Shown piece after piece: positions 35,501-46,091 of a DNA stretch of 64,000 nucleotides. This DNA comes from Caecitellus pseudoparvulus (Eukaryota; Protista; Bigyra: Bicosoecida). The translations under genes were made by a program, and so were the position numbers. The notes below the pieces were generated by a model. It worked only from the letters and a program-made list of their open reading frames with translations. It was not told where the DNA came from and did no database searches. Each line of letters begins with the position of its first letter. Position 1 is the stretch's first letter. The stretch spans positions 682,001-746,000 of the forward strand of contig CBFFRQ010000089.1 in assembly GCA_965644315.1 (NCBI GenBank), given 5' to 3'.

Positions 35501-37244
35501 GCAGGTGTCTGAGCTGGAGGTCACTCTGAGCTCCCTGAACAGCTCCCTGGACCAGCTGAGCCGCTTCAAGGACTCTATCATCACCATGCAGGATTTCCTC
35601 TTCCGCCCCTCGGGCGTGCGGGAGAACCTCGACCGCATCGACGAAGCCAATTTGGAGCGAGTGCGGGAGGAGGAGGGTGTGGACGCCATGCTGTTGCTGT
35701 TGGCGGAGGAGTTCCAGGGCATCGTGGACAAGGCTGGCGAGATCATGAATGGCTTCACAGACTTGGGCACCAACGGCACCGCCGATGCTGGCAACAGCTC
35801 TCTCATCTCCATCGACTTGCCCAAGCAGCTGAACGACTCGGGGGTGCTGGAGTACGTGCGCATCCTGTCCAGCGATGAGAAGTCGCGGCATGGGGCCATC
35901 CACTTCTTCGGCTCCCTGGCCCTGGGCGAAGACAACACAGTGGCATCGGCGGGCGGCACTGCCTTCCGGGACGCCAATGGCAACGAGTACCCCGACGGTA
36001 AGCGCTGCCTCACGAACGACTGCCTGGACAACACCATCGACGAGCTGAACGCCAAGCCACTGTCCGAGAGCAGTGCCGCGGGGCCGCCCGGCTCAGTGCC
36101 CGTGCCGCTGAGCCGGGAGCAGATCTTCTTCCTGCCCTACGCGCCCGTGCTCATCATCATGCTCATCGGCCTGGTGTCCACCGTGAACTGCTTCAAGGGG
36201 AACTGGCAGGCATACACCTCATGCTGCTCTGCACTGTGCATCTCCCTGTGTGCCCCCCTGCTGTTCCTGTTCGTGGGCGGTCTGTTCTTCCCCATGAGCA
36301 TCGTGGCCCACGACATCTGCCGCGGCGGGCCCAATGTCGCGTACACGTACGTCGCCGGGTCCCAGCACTCCATCTGTGTGTCGCTGGGTGGCACCCCCGA
36401 CGTGTCCGCTGGGGTCTGCCACGTGCCAGTGCTTGGTGCCGAGAACTCCACCTTCGCCGTGAACATCGAGGAGATGGCAGCGGCGGTCCTGGGCGACTGC
36501 TCCTACGCCCCCGATGCCTTTGACAACTTCTGGCTGTCTCTGGACGACGCCTTTGCGACGGCACCCGAGGAGAGCATCAACTCCACCATTGAATCCAGCC
36601 AGGGCAGCGCAGGGGCCATCCAGCCACGCCTGGCGCGGGACCTGCGGGGCATGGCGCGCAACGCGTCCGGCGTGGTGGGGCGCCTGCTGGAGGATGTGTC
36701 AGAGGTCCTCGGCTGCTCTGCCGTGAACAACAAGGGCTACAAGCCCTTCAAGGACGCTATGTGCTGCGAGGTCTTCGACGCGTACTACTGGTACGTCACG
36801 GGGCTGTACATGTGCGCCTTCTCCATGGTCTTCTGCGGCTGGGGCGCCTCCATCATGGGCAGGAAGCGCTTCGTGGCAAAGCTGTGGGGGCCAGAGCTGG
36901 AGCACGCCGAGAAGACTTGGAAGATGACGGCAGATGGCGTGGACGGCGAGGGTGGCGTCGTCATCGACCTGGCCACCCACGTTGAAGGGGACGACCTGCT
37001 CAGCGGACCGGGGGGGGGTGCCATGCCGCCTGCCCAAGGGCAAGGGGGGGACATGGCAGTCGTGCAGGTGGGTGCAGCGCCCGCAGAGCACACGTACACT
37101 CCCGGCCAGACGCCTAAGGCTGGCGGGAAGCCTGACTTTGCTGGGGACATTCTCGCCGCTGCAGATGCCGAGGAGGCCAACGCCTCTGCTCCCCCGCCCT
37201 CGACCCACTTCAAGGGCTCGAACCCCATGTACTCTGACAAGTGA
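32506..37244 (+). CDS. Prominin/tweety-like five-TM glycoprotein with a very long extracellular coiled-coil
   Basis: A signal peptide (MRLAGAALAFAGLLAACQG) and several small 5' exons precede TM1, then a Cys cluster (RYCCCCIKGGVCG) and TM2. A heptad-rich, N-glycosylation-rich loop of ~850 aa follows, then TM3/TM4 ending ..HDIC, a second loop ending K.AMCC, TM5 and a cytosolic tail. The 5' exon boundaries are partly unresolved. Confidence 0.7.
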
Positions 37245-37481
37245 TCAGTGGTGCCTGGTGGGGATTTGTCTTTTTTGTGCTTTCTCACGTGGTCGGCGGG
37301 CTCTCAATGCACGGCTCTGTCCAGCTGCCGTCGCGTGCGACGACGCGTGGCAGGGTACACAGGGTCCAGTCGTCGCCCTCAGGCACATTTCCGCACGCTG
37401 ACAACCGTGGTGAATTGTTGAACGCACCACTGCCCTCGTTGGCAGACCACTCACAGGGCTGTCCTTGCCGTGCCAGGAGCC

Positions 37482-40354
37482 ATGCGGAGCTGCACATGGT
37501 CGGCTGCCGGAGCAGCGCTGCTGCTTCTCTGCCGTGGCGTGGCGGCGTTCGTGGGCATGGAAGACCAGTCCCTGCCACCGGGCATGATGAACACCATGCG
37601 CGATGAGCGGGGCATCATGGACTTCATGGGCACCAAGACGCCTTATGAAAGCCATGGAGACCCCCTGTCCTTACCGGTGCGCCTGCTTCGACGGCGACGC
37701 TCGCTCTGCGCCAGGCACACCGGCCGCCGCCCTTTCTCGCTGCTCAGACGCTGCCAGATCAGTGCTTCTTGATGCACGTGAACACTGTCGTGCGGCATGG
37801 CTCGCGCCATGTGTTGCGGCAGAACTCCACGCGGCGCCTTCGGACCGTCCTGAGCGCGGCTGGTACGGCGACGTGGTGTGTGCGGAATTTGATTCCTGCC
37901 CTTCCGCACGCTGCGATGCACCCTCACAGGGAAGCAAGGGCACTTGACGCAATTGGGCGAGTCGCTTCTGGAACAAATCGACACCATGATCTCTGAAGAT
38001 GAACGCCTTGCTGGCCAGCTGAGTGAAAATGCCTTCACGGAAGCTGCTCGCACGTTCGATGCCATGTGGGAGGTGAGTGTGGCTTGTCACGCCGCGCCTT
38101 GCAGACGCCGCAGCCGACACGATGCTCTCTGCCTCTGCAGCCGTTCATGGTGGACTTCACAGAGGCTCTCGGAGAGGGCCGCAAGGTGGTCCTCGAGAGC
38201 ACGGACACCCCGCGCACAACTGGCTACGCAGACATGCTGCAGCACGGCCTGTCGCAGACCATGGGCGTGCACGGCGTCATCGCCAGCGAACTAGGGGACG
38301 ACGTCAGCTCTGTCTTTGCGAGTCTCCCCCCCACGCCCATTCCTTCAGAAGTCACAGACCCCTCCACGGTGCATCCCCGAGCAGCTGTCCTGCGAGGACC
38401 GAAGGTGTGCCCCGCCGCACAAGCCGCCAAGCACGAAGCGCTGGAGGCGGCCAAGGCTGTCATCACCCCCTACGAGCGCCCCACGCCCCTCACAAACTTC
38501 GAGCGCCGCCAGCTGGCACAGCGCTATGAGAGGGCGGGGCGTGGCGCCGTTCCTGCCCTGCGAGTGCAGAGCGACGGCGCTGTGGCTGAGGACGAGCCAC
38601 TGGCTGGCATTCCCACGACGCGGGAACAGGCCTTCGTGGAAGACCTGGTGGACCCGCAGTTCATCCACGGTGAGTGCTGGCGCGTGGTACTCCCTGATCC
38701 AGCAGGCCCCCCCCCCCCCCACACACACACCGCAATATCACTTTCCACGCCACAGAGCTTCCGAGCGTGCTGGAGTCCAGCCCGTACTTCACCGCCGGCT
38801 CACCCATTGAGTCTGCACTGGCCACCGTGGCACGGGACGCCTTCCACGCGTGCCGGCAGGATGTGAGTGGCTCGGGCGGACCGCCATGCCACCCACCCCA
38901 CGTGCGGCACGCCCGTGGCCACGCCATGCACAGGGGAGCGGGCACAACTTCGCGAACGGCTTCTGCAAGGCGTGGAGGCATCACCTGCACTTGGCTGAGA
39001 AGTTTGACTTCATGGAGGATTACCTGTCGCTGCACAAGAAGGGTGTGGGTGCGTGGCAGCAGCCACAACAGCCGCGAACCGCGCTTGCCCACTTCCCCCC
39101 CCTGCGCCCCTCGGTGCAGACACCAACATCACCCAGGCAGCATCCTGTGGGCTGATGGAGGACATGTTCGCGGCAGCAGACGCTGCAGTGCACCCCAACG
39201 CCCGTCCTGACACGCCAGGCTGGGCAGAGAGCAAACGACGCGGCATGCACAAGGCAGGCGTGAACCCGTGGCTGGCAGAGTCCAAGCACGACTGGTCTGG
39301 CCATGCCAGTGCAGTGCGGGGTCACCCGCAGCGCGGACCGTTCATGAATGTGCGCGTGACGCACGCTGGCACCATGGTGCCCCTTCTTGGCGCGTTGGGC
39401 CTAGAGGTGGGGGAGCCGTACATCATGGGCATGCGAGAGCACTTCCACGTGTACAGCCGAGAGCCCATCCCCCCCGGCGCACCCCCTGTGGACTTCAACG
39501 CCACCATGCGCCTGCACCAGTGGAACCGCCTGCTCGCCCTGGGGTACGGCCTGCTGGAGCCAGCTGCCAAGGGGGGCGTTGGCGCGCTGGTGCCGAGGTA
39601 CGTGCCGGGCAAGGTGCCCCCCCCCCCGCCGCCGCCGCCCTCATCGCCAGACGCTGGTCAAATGGACATGGGAGGGGGGTTCTCAGAGTTCGATCCCTCT
39701 GGCTTCGCTCCAGGCGTGAGCCTGTCCTCCCCCGAGCGGCCTGGCCTGCGGGACCTGGTACAGGACGGCCTGAAGCCAGACCCGCGCACGACGCCCACGA
39801 CACCCGGCATGGATGAGATGGGGGAGCTGTACGTGCAGGACAATGTGGACACGCAGAGCGTGGACATGGAGCAGGCCAGGGAGGCGTCCCTGCAGCGCCT
39901 GACCACCAAGAGTGTCGGGCTGGAGGACCCCGTGTACGGCATTGCGAAGCTGGGCGCACAGTTGTCAGGGAGCCAGTTCCTGCAGTATGTGCCCCGGCAG
40001 TACCGGGAGTACGTGAAGGTGGAGGGCAGGGGCAAGTTGAACTTGCGAACTGCGCTGATCAAGCACCCCCTCACTGGCACGCGCATGAGCCCCATGGGCG
40101 GGAACCTCGCGCTCATGCTGTTTGAATGTGGCCCGCGCCCCGGCGCCCGGCACAGGTCGCCACGGGATGCGCCAGTGAAGTACAAGATGGCTGCTGCACT
40201 GCATGGGCGGCTAGTGCCCATGCCCATGTGCCCTCTGGACATTTTCTGTCCCTATGACAAGGTCAAGGCATACTACAGGCAGGTGATGCAGGAGAAAGGC
40301 GCCGGGACCTGCACCCGTGAAGAGTGGAACGAGCTGTGTGTAAGGAGCGAGTGA
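37482..40354 (+). CDS. MINPP1: Histidine acid phosphatase, MINPP1 (multiple inositol polyphosphate phosphatase)-like
   Basis: Signal peptide and ~7 exons. Motifs: GTKTPY, C.LMHVNTVVRHGSRH, ST..PRT, FC.......KFDFMEDY..LHKKG, NITQAASCGLMEDMF, THAGTMVPLLGALGL, PMGGNLALMLFEC. Confidence 0.8.
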
Positions 40355-40476
40355 TTAACAATTTCGTGACGTGCCTGTTCAGTGTGTGGCCATCGTGATG
40401 TGTAACGTTTTCAATGCACTCCTTTGCTGCCTTGCTGAGAGCAGTGCCGCTGGCGTCGGCGACCGATTACCGCACC

Positions 40477-42048
40477 ATGGCAGCTGCCTCCCCTGACGCA
40501 CCGTGTGTGCCCAGCCCGTCTCGGGAGGAGCTGTCAGAGACAGCTGAAGCTCTGTTGGCTGTCTCGGATTTCACCCAGCTCGGGCGTGTCCTCCAAGACC
40601 TGCAGCCCGTGGAGTACGAGGGAGTGAAGGGTCTCGAGGCTGCCGTCAAGCGACACCCAAACCAGACTGTCACGGAGAGCTTCTTCACCACGTGAGGCGC
40701 CTGGCAGTGCCCCCCACGCATGATTGGCATGGCACCTGCTGTGCCCGATTCCTTGTGCCTGCGCAGAGTGCTGCCCTGCATGGTGGCGGCGATGCAGCGC
40801 CTGCCCGCATTGACGGCACCTCACGGCACCCCTGACGCTGTCCACCTGCCGACTCTTGTGCAACCAGGCTGTGTGGCACTCCCTGCTGAAGCAGTGTTTG
40901 GCATTGTTGCCTGCCAATTCTTTGGGGTGCTGCCCTGGCGTGTGGGGGTCACGCCTGCCCTGGACGATGGCAGGGACTTCAACGCGGGCACGTTTGCCGC
41001 GCTCCTCAGCTCTAAACACGCATCTGACGTGGCCAAGCTGCAGTGCTACTTGCAGTACTTTGCTGCCGTGGCAGACGACCCTGCCCTGCTCGCAGGCCGC
41101 ACGCTGTACTACCGCCGAGTGAGCATCGGGCAAGCGGCCAGCGCACAGGCTGCGTTGCCGGAAGCTGCGAGGCTGACCCACGACAACGCCAGCGGTGCCG
41201 CCGCCCACACACTCCCTTCCAACACATCGTCCCTGCCTCCCATTCACTTCATTCACAAGGGCGTCATTGAGGACGCACAGGGGTGTCTGCAGGTCGACTT
41301 CGCCAACAAGTACATTGGCGGGGGGGCCCTCGGTTCCGGCTGCGTGCAGGAGGAAATACGCTTTGCCATCAGCCCAGAACTGGTCCCAACCTGCCTCATA
41401 GCCTGCGTTCTGGATGCCGAAGATGCGTTGGCCATCACGGGCAGCCGCATTTTCTCTGCGTACAGTGGCTACGGCTGGGACATGCGGCACGCTGGGCCAG
41501 GGCAAGACGCCACCCCTGTCGTAGACGGCAAGACAGCCTGCTGCGTCGTGGCCATTGATGCCGTGGCCTTCCCACGGCGGGCTGGCCTCGCTGCCCAGCT
41601 CGCTCAGGGGCTCTTGCTGCGTGAGTTGCTCAAGGCACTGGCGGGCTTCGGCGTGGCTGGCACAGAATGCGGCGTGCAGGAGTTTCCAGGCGTGGCCACG
41701 GGCAAGTGGGGCTGTGGCGTGTTCAATGGGTCAGTGGTGTTGAAGACGGTGCTGCAGTGGTTGGCTGCGGCCCACGCTGGGCGGGAGATGCGTTTTTATT
41801 CGTTTGGAGAGCTGCCTGACGGGCTGCCGCAGTTTGCGCAGGCAGCTGTGGAGGCCCGCGTGACGGTGGCTGGGCTGTACGGGGCCCTGACGTCTGCAGC
41901 TGCTGCACTGCACCCACGAGGGGGCAAAGTCTCGGACGCCACCCTGCTGCAGGCCCTGAGCGCCGAGTTGGGTCTTGCAACGCCACAGCCAGCCCGCACC
42001 ACGGGTCACCCGGAGGGGGCGCAGGCCTCCTCAGAGGCTAGCGAATAA
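40477..42048 (+). CDS. PARG: Poly(ADP-ribose) glycohydrolase
   Basis: Intron at 40692-40766. Signature QVDFANKYIGGGALGSGCVQEEIRF.ISPEL, plus YSGY, AIDA, ATG.WGCGVFNG and K...QWLAA. Confidence 0.95.
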
Positions 42049-42599
42049 AAATCGAAAAGTCAGCACTCAAGAGACACATCTGGAGTCCTCGGACTCGGTG
42101 CCTTGCCATGTGCCGCTGCCCAGCGAGGCCAGGCAAGGGGCACGAGGCGTGCATTCTGTGCGCTCCTCCCTGCATTCTCCCGCCTGACTTTGGCGAAGTG
42201 CTGCTGTCTGCGCCACTCGACGAGCGGGAGGCCGCCCCGCAGCAGGTGTGTGCAGACCACCATGGGCTGCCTGGCCCTCGCCAGCTTTTCCACACTCTGC
42301 ACCGCCACCCATGCCCAGGCTGATTTGCACGGCTGCTGCGGATTTTGCTCCTGAAACGCTCTTGCCCACTGACGTCGACAGAGCAGAGATGGGTCTGGAA
42401 GGTAGATCGATGGGCCAGTCAGCCATGGTGTGTACTTTATTCCATGGGTGTGCTCGTGAAGGCCCCGCAGCGCGAGGAAGCGCCGCCACTTCACCAGCGT
42501 TGCGGGGCCGGAATCTGAGCCGCCAATCCCCCGCACCCACTTCACCTGAGCCGTGCACCGCACAGCGCCCGCACACCTCGCTCACTGTCCTCCCCACAG

Positions 42600-45500
42600 A
42601 CCCCCAACACAAGCTCCAAGGCGTGCTGTGGAACGCAGCACGCAGGAGGCCTGAGACTGCAGCCAGCGGAAGTCTACCCAGGCTGTGACATCGCGCTGCT
42701 GCTGCTCAAGGTTCAGGTGTGCTGTTTCCTGGTCATGCTCGTCACGTGGCTGGTTGGCATGGTCAAGGAGCCCGACAGTGACGTGTTCAAAGGCGATGCT
42801 GGTACTGGCCTGCAGGCATCGGCCGCCATCGCCGGCTACAGCTTCGTCGTGCTGGCCATGTATGTGGTGCACCTTGGCGTGCACTTGGCGCTGTCGTACG
42901 ACTCCTCAGCCCAGCTGCGCTCCTTTGCCACGGTCATGGACACTGGCAGCATGATGTACATGCGCATTTCACTGCTGTGTGCCGTCGTGTCGGCCTGCAT
43001 CGAGCTGGCTGCGCCCTGGTACTTGGCCCGCACGCCTGAGCTGCAAGTCACTCTGCACGCCACGCACGCCGCCTCCCTCACCGACATGGTGCTGCGAACA
43101 GTGTGGCTGCCCATCAGCACGCCCCAGGATGGCGGCCTGCAGCCCCTCGCCACCCGCATCATTCCGTGGGTGTGGCTGCTGGGCGGCGGCGTCGCCCCCG
43201 TCCTGGCCTACTTCCTGGACCTCCGCGTGCTGCCCTTCACCATCACCATCGTCCTGCTCGCCGCGCCGCTCATCGCGCTGGCCATCACCCTGCCCTTGAT
43301 CCTGGGCGATGCCTGCTGTGCCTCCTGCCGCCCCATGCACCCTGAGCAAGTCTTCGACGAGGCGCGGGCGCCGGCCACCTCCTCCTGTGGCTGCTGGTGC
43401 ACGCTGCCCAACCTGTACGCCGTGCAGCGGGCACCCCCCGAGCAGCGCGAGAGCATGAAGCACACCATCCAGCGCTTCAAGCCGGTGCTGCTGCCGCCTG
43501 TCATGGTGGCCTTCTTCTCCGGCATCCTCTTCTTCATGACTGTCATGCGGGATGTCTCCTGCACCATCGGCAAGCTAGGCCAGGGCCGGGCGCGCGCCTA
43601 CACGCGCTTGCACGATGACGTCAGGTCTGCCTCCATGGCCTGTGAGCCGGAGCCCTGGTCTGGCTACTGGACAGGCAAGCGCGTGGCGTCCTTCTGGTTC
43701 CTCTTCGCCTCCATCTCCGCCGCCTGCATCGTGTACTCCGTGCGCCTCATGGTGGCCCTGCACAGCCTCGTGCAGGAGCTCAAGAACTCCCAGCAGCAGT
43801 CCGCAGGCATGCTGCGCTTCCTCTCCCACGAGTGCCGCTCGCCGCTCTTTGTCGTCCTGCTCATGCTGAACAACCTCGTGGAAGACGACATGCCCTCCAT
43901 GGCAGCGGAAGCCAACGAGGTGGCGCCGGGCGGGGACGCCTCCGCCCTCACCGCTCGCATCCAGGAGGTGTCCACGACCCTGGTTAAGATGCAAAAGCCG
44001 TTGCAGCTCCTGCGCAGTGTCCTGGACAACATGCTTTCCTACTTGAAGCTCAAGCAGCAGCGGTGGCACGTGGCGCAGGCCGCCGCACAGCGCAAGCCCT
44101 TGACGCGCTGCCAGCGCGCTCGCCTTCGCGCGAAGGGGCAGGACCCCACCGTGGACATCCACCTCCCGTGCGGGGGTGACCACGACCCATGTGAGCCCTG
44201 TGCCATCTGCGCGCGGCCGGCGCCCGCCCCGCTGGATGCCGGCGCCGTCATGACGGAGATCGGCGCCATGTTCCCCGTCCTGGTGGAGGCCATGGAGTGC
44301 AAGCAGCCGGGAGTGCGCAGCGACTTCAAGGTGCAGAGCTGCGCGTGCGCCAGCTGCCGGCGCACGGCTCCCCCGCCGCCTGCCATGACCGCCGTGCAGG
44401 GTCTGCAGTGCCTGCAGTGCCTGCCTATCTGGGCCTCCGTGCAGGCCACGACGCTGAAGCAGGCCCTCACCAACATGCTGACCAATGCCGTCAAGTACGG
44501 CAGGCGCGGCGACAACGCTGCTGACATCAGCGTGCACGTCACCCTCTCGTCCAACTTCTGCCCCTCAGCGCAAGATGGCGGGGGGCACGCCAGCCCGCCC
44601 TCGGGGCAAGGCCTGCACTCCACGTCCCTCGACTCGGCGGGTGGCGGCAGCATCGTCCTGGCCTCTGCGGGTGGCAGTCTGGTGCTCGGCTCGGGCGCAC
44701 ACCGCAGCCGGTCTCCCTCTCCCGATGGAGACATCGAGCTGAAGGCCATGCCCCCGCGAAGCGGCGGCTCGGGGGCTGCATCCCTGGAGGTCGGCGCGCC
44801 AGGGCCGCTGCAGGGGGTCCCTGCCGTCCTGCAGGTGTCTGTGACGGACCAAGGCAGGGGCCTGAGCGCGCAGGACCAGCAGCTCCTGTTCAAGCCCTTC
44901 GAGCGCCTGCGGGCCGGCGAGCAGCAGCAGGGCACGGGGCTGGGCCTGTGGCTCATGCACGAGCTGCTGGACTTCCAGGGGGGCGGCATCTCCGTCGCCT
45001 CCGAGGGCGTCGGCAAGGGCTGCACCTTTGTCGTCTCCGTGCCCTGCCGCGTCGAGCAGCGCGTGCTGGCATGGCTGAGTGGCTCGGGCGACCCCGGCCA
45101 CGCTCTGCAGTGCCAGCCCGACGCCGTCCCGCGCTGCGTCCCCAGCAGCGGCTTGTCAGCGGCCAGCGTGGGCTCCTCCACCCCCGGTTCCACGGCAGCG
45201 CCGGCGTCCAGCGGCGGCAGCGCCGAGGCAGGCTCCAAGCTGTATCCGTCCCTGGCCCTGGTGGGGGCCGAGCCCAAGGATGCCAAGCGGGTGGCCACGC
45301 TGCCCCCGCCCTCGCGGTCGTCGCCCCCTGCCGACGCCAACCGCGCACGCCCAGGCCTCATGAGGGTGCTGCTGGTGGATGACTCTCGCGCCGTGCTGGC
45401 GCAGCTGTGCAACGCGCTGAAACGCAAGGGCTTCGAGGTGAAGAAGGCCGCCAACGGGGCCATCGCGCTGAAGAAGGTGCAGGAGGCCACGACCCCCTTC

Positions 45501-45851
45501 GACCTCATTGTCTGTGACATGTCCATGCCTGTCATGACTGGGCCTGAATTCGCGGCAGCGCTGACCAGTGCCGCCGATGCAGACGCGGCGAGCGCCGAGG
45601 AGGGCGGAGGGGGCGCCGCTGCCTCCCCCCTGCCTGGCCTGCGCAAGTCCACCCCCACCATCTTCATCGGCCTCACTGGCAACGCCATGGGCAGCGACGT
45701 GGAGAGCTTCAAGCGCGCTGGCGCCCACGCCGTGCTCATCAAGCCAGCGGCGCCCAACTCCATCATCAACACGGCCACTGCCCTGCAGACGGCTTTCATG
45801 GCTGGCCAAAGCAAGGCGTCGCCGCCGCCACTACCCGATGGCGCGGCATAG
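42600..45851 (+). CDS. Hybrid histidine kinase: multi-TM sensor, HisKA, HATPase and receiver domain
   Basis: H-box FLSHECRSPL, N-box QALTNMLTNAVKY, G1 VTDQGRGL, F-box LFKPF, G2 GTGLGL. Receiver: RVLLVDD, DLIVCDMSMPVMTG, IGLTGN, VLIKP. There are ~7-8 hydrophobic helices at the N-terminus. An acceptor at 42599 and an in-frame stop at 42516 suggest an unresolved upstream exon. Confidence 0.92.
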   Translation, partial: TPNTSSKACCGTQHAGGLRLQPAEVYPGCDIALLLLKVQVCCFLVMLVTWLVGMVKEPDSDVFKGDAGTGLQASAAIAGYSFVVLAMYVVHLGVHLALSYDSSAQLRSFATVMDTGSMMYMRISLLCAVVSACIELAAPWYLARTPELQVTLHATHAASLTDMVLRTVWLPISTPQDGGLQPLATRIIPWVWLLGGGVAPVLAYFLDLRVLPFTITIVLLAAPLIALAITLPLILGDACCASCRPMHPEQVFDEARAPATSSCGCWCTLPNLYAVQRAPPEQRESMKHTIQRFKPVLLPPVMVAFFSGILFFMTVMRDVSCTIGKLGQGRARAYTRLHDDVRSASMACEPEPWSGYWTGKRVASFWFLFASISAACIVYSVRLMVALHSLVQELKNSQQQSAGMLRFLSHECRSPLFVVLLMLNNLVEDDMPSMAAEANEVAPGGDASALTARIQEVSTTLVKMQKPLQLLRSVLDNMLSYLKLKQQRWHVAQAAAQRKPLTRCQRARLRAKGQDPTVDIHLPCGGDHDPCEPCAICARPAPAPLDAGAVMTEIGAMFPVLVEAMECKQPGVRSDFKVQSCACASCRRTAPPPPAMTAVQGLQCLQCLPIWASVQATTLKQALTNMLTNAVKYGRRGDNAADISVHVTLSSNFCPSAQDGGGHASPPSGQGLHSTSLDSAGGGSIVLASAGGSLVLGSGAHRSRSPSPDGDIELKAMPPRSGGSGAASLEVGAPGPLQGVPAVLQVSVTDQGRGLSAQDQQLLFKPFERLRAGEQQQGTGLGLWLMHELLDFQGGGISVASEGVGKGCTFVVSVPCRVEQRVLAWLSGSGDPGHALQCQPDAVPRCVPSSGLSAASVGSSTPGSTAAPASSGGSAEAGSKLYPSLALVGAEPKDAKRVATLPPPSRSSPPADANRARPGLMRVLLVDDSRAVLAQLCNALKRKGFEVKKAANGAIALKKVQEATTPFDLIVCDMSMPVMTGPEFAAALTSAADADAASAEEGGGGAAASPLPGLRKSTPTIFIGLTGNAMGSDVESFKRAGAHAVLIKPAAPNSIINTATALQTAFMAGQSKASPPPLPDGAA

Positions 45852-46091
45852 TCCACGCTCCTGCAGTCTGCTCCCATTTTTATTACATATGCTTGTTTTC
45901 CCCGTGTGCTGCTGGGCCAGGGCCAGCGCCGCCCCTGCAACTAGCGCCCCCGGCCCGCCGTCACACACCTGCATGCAATACATTTCCATGTCACCCACCG
46001 TTCGAGGCTGCAGGCGTCCCAATTCAGCAGGCGCAGGCTGGACCAGCCATTCCGTCGCTGTGAGCACCGATTGTCGAGCTCTACGTGTGCT

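Noticed and set aside
42600-43780. Histidine-kinase rhodopsin interpretation of the multi-TM sensor
   Set aside because: There is no retinal-binding Lys (DxxxK) in the last helix and no RYxxW helix-C motif.
20612-45940. Long antisense ORFs (e.g. 20612-22537, 25048-27012, 44039-45940)
   Set aside because: They lie opposite well-supported genes, lack motifs, and are expected shadows at this GC content.
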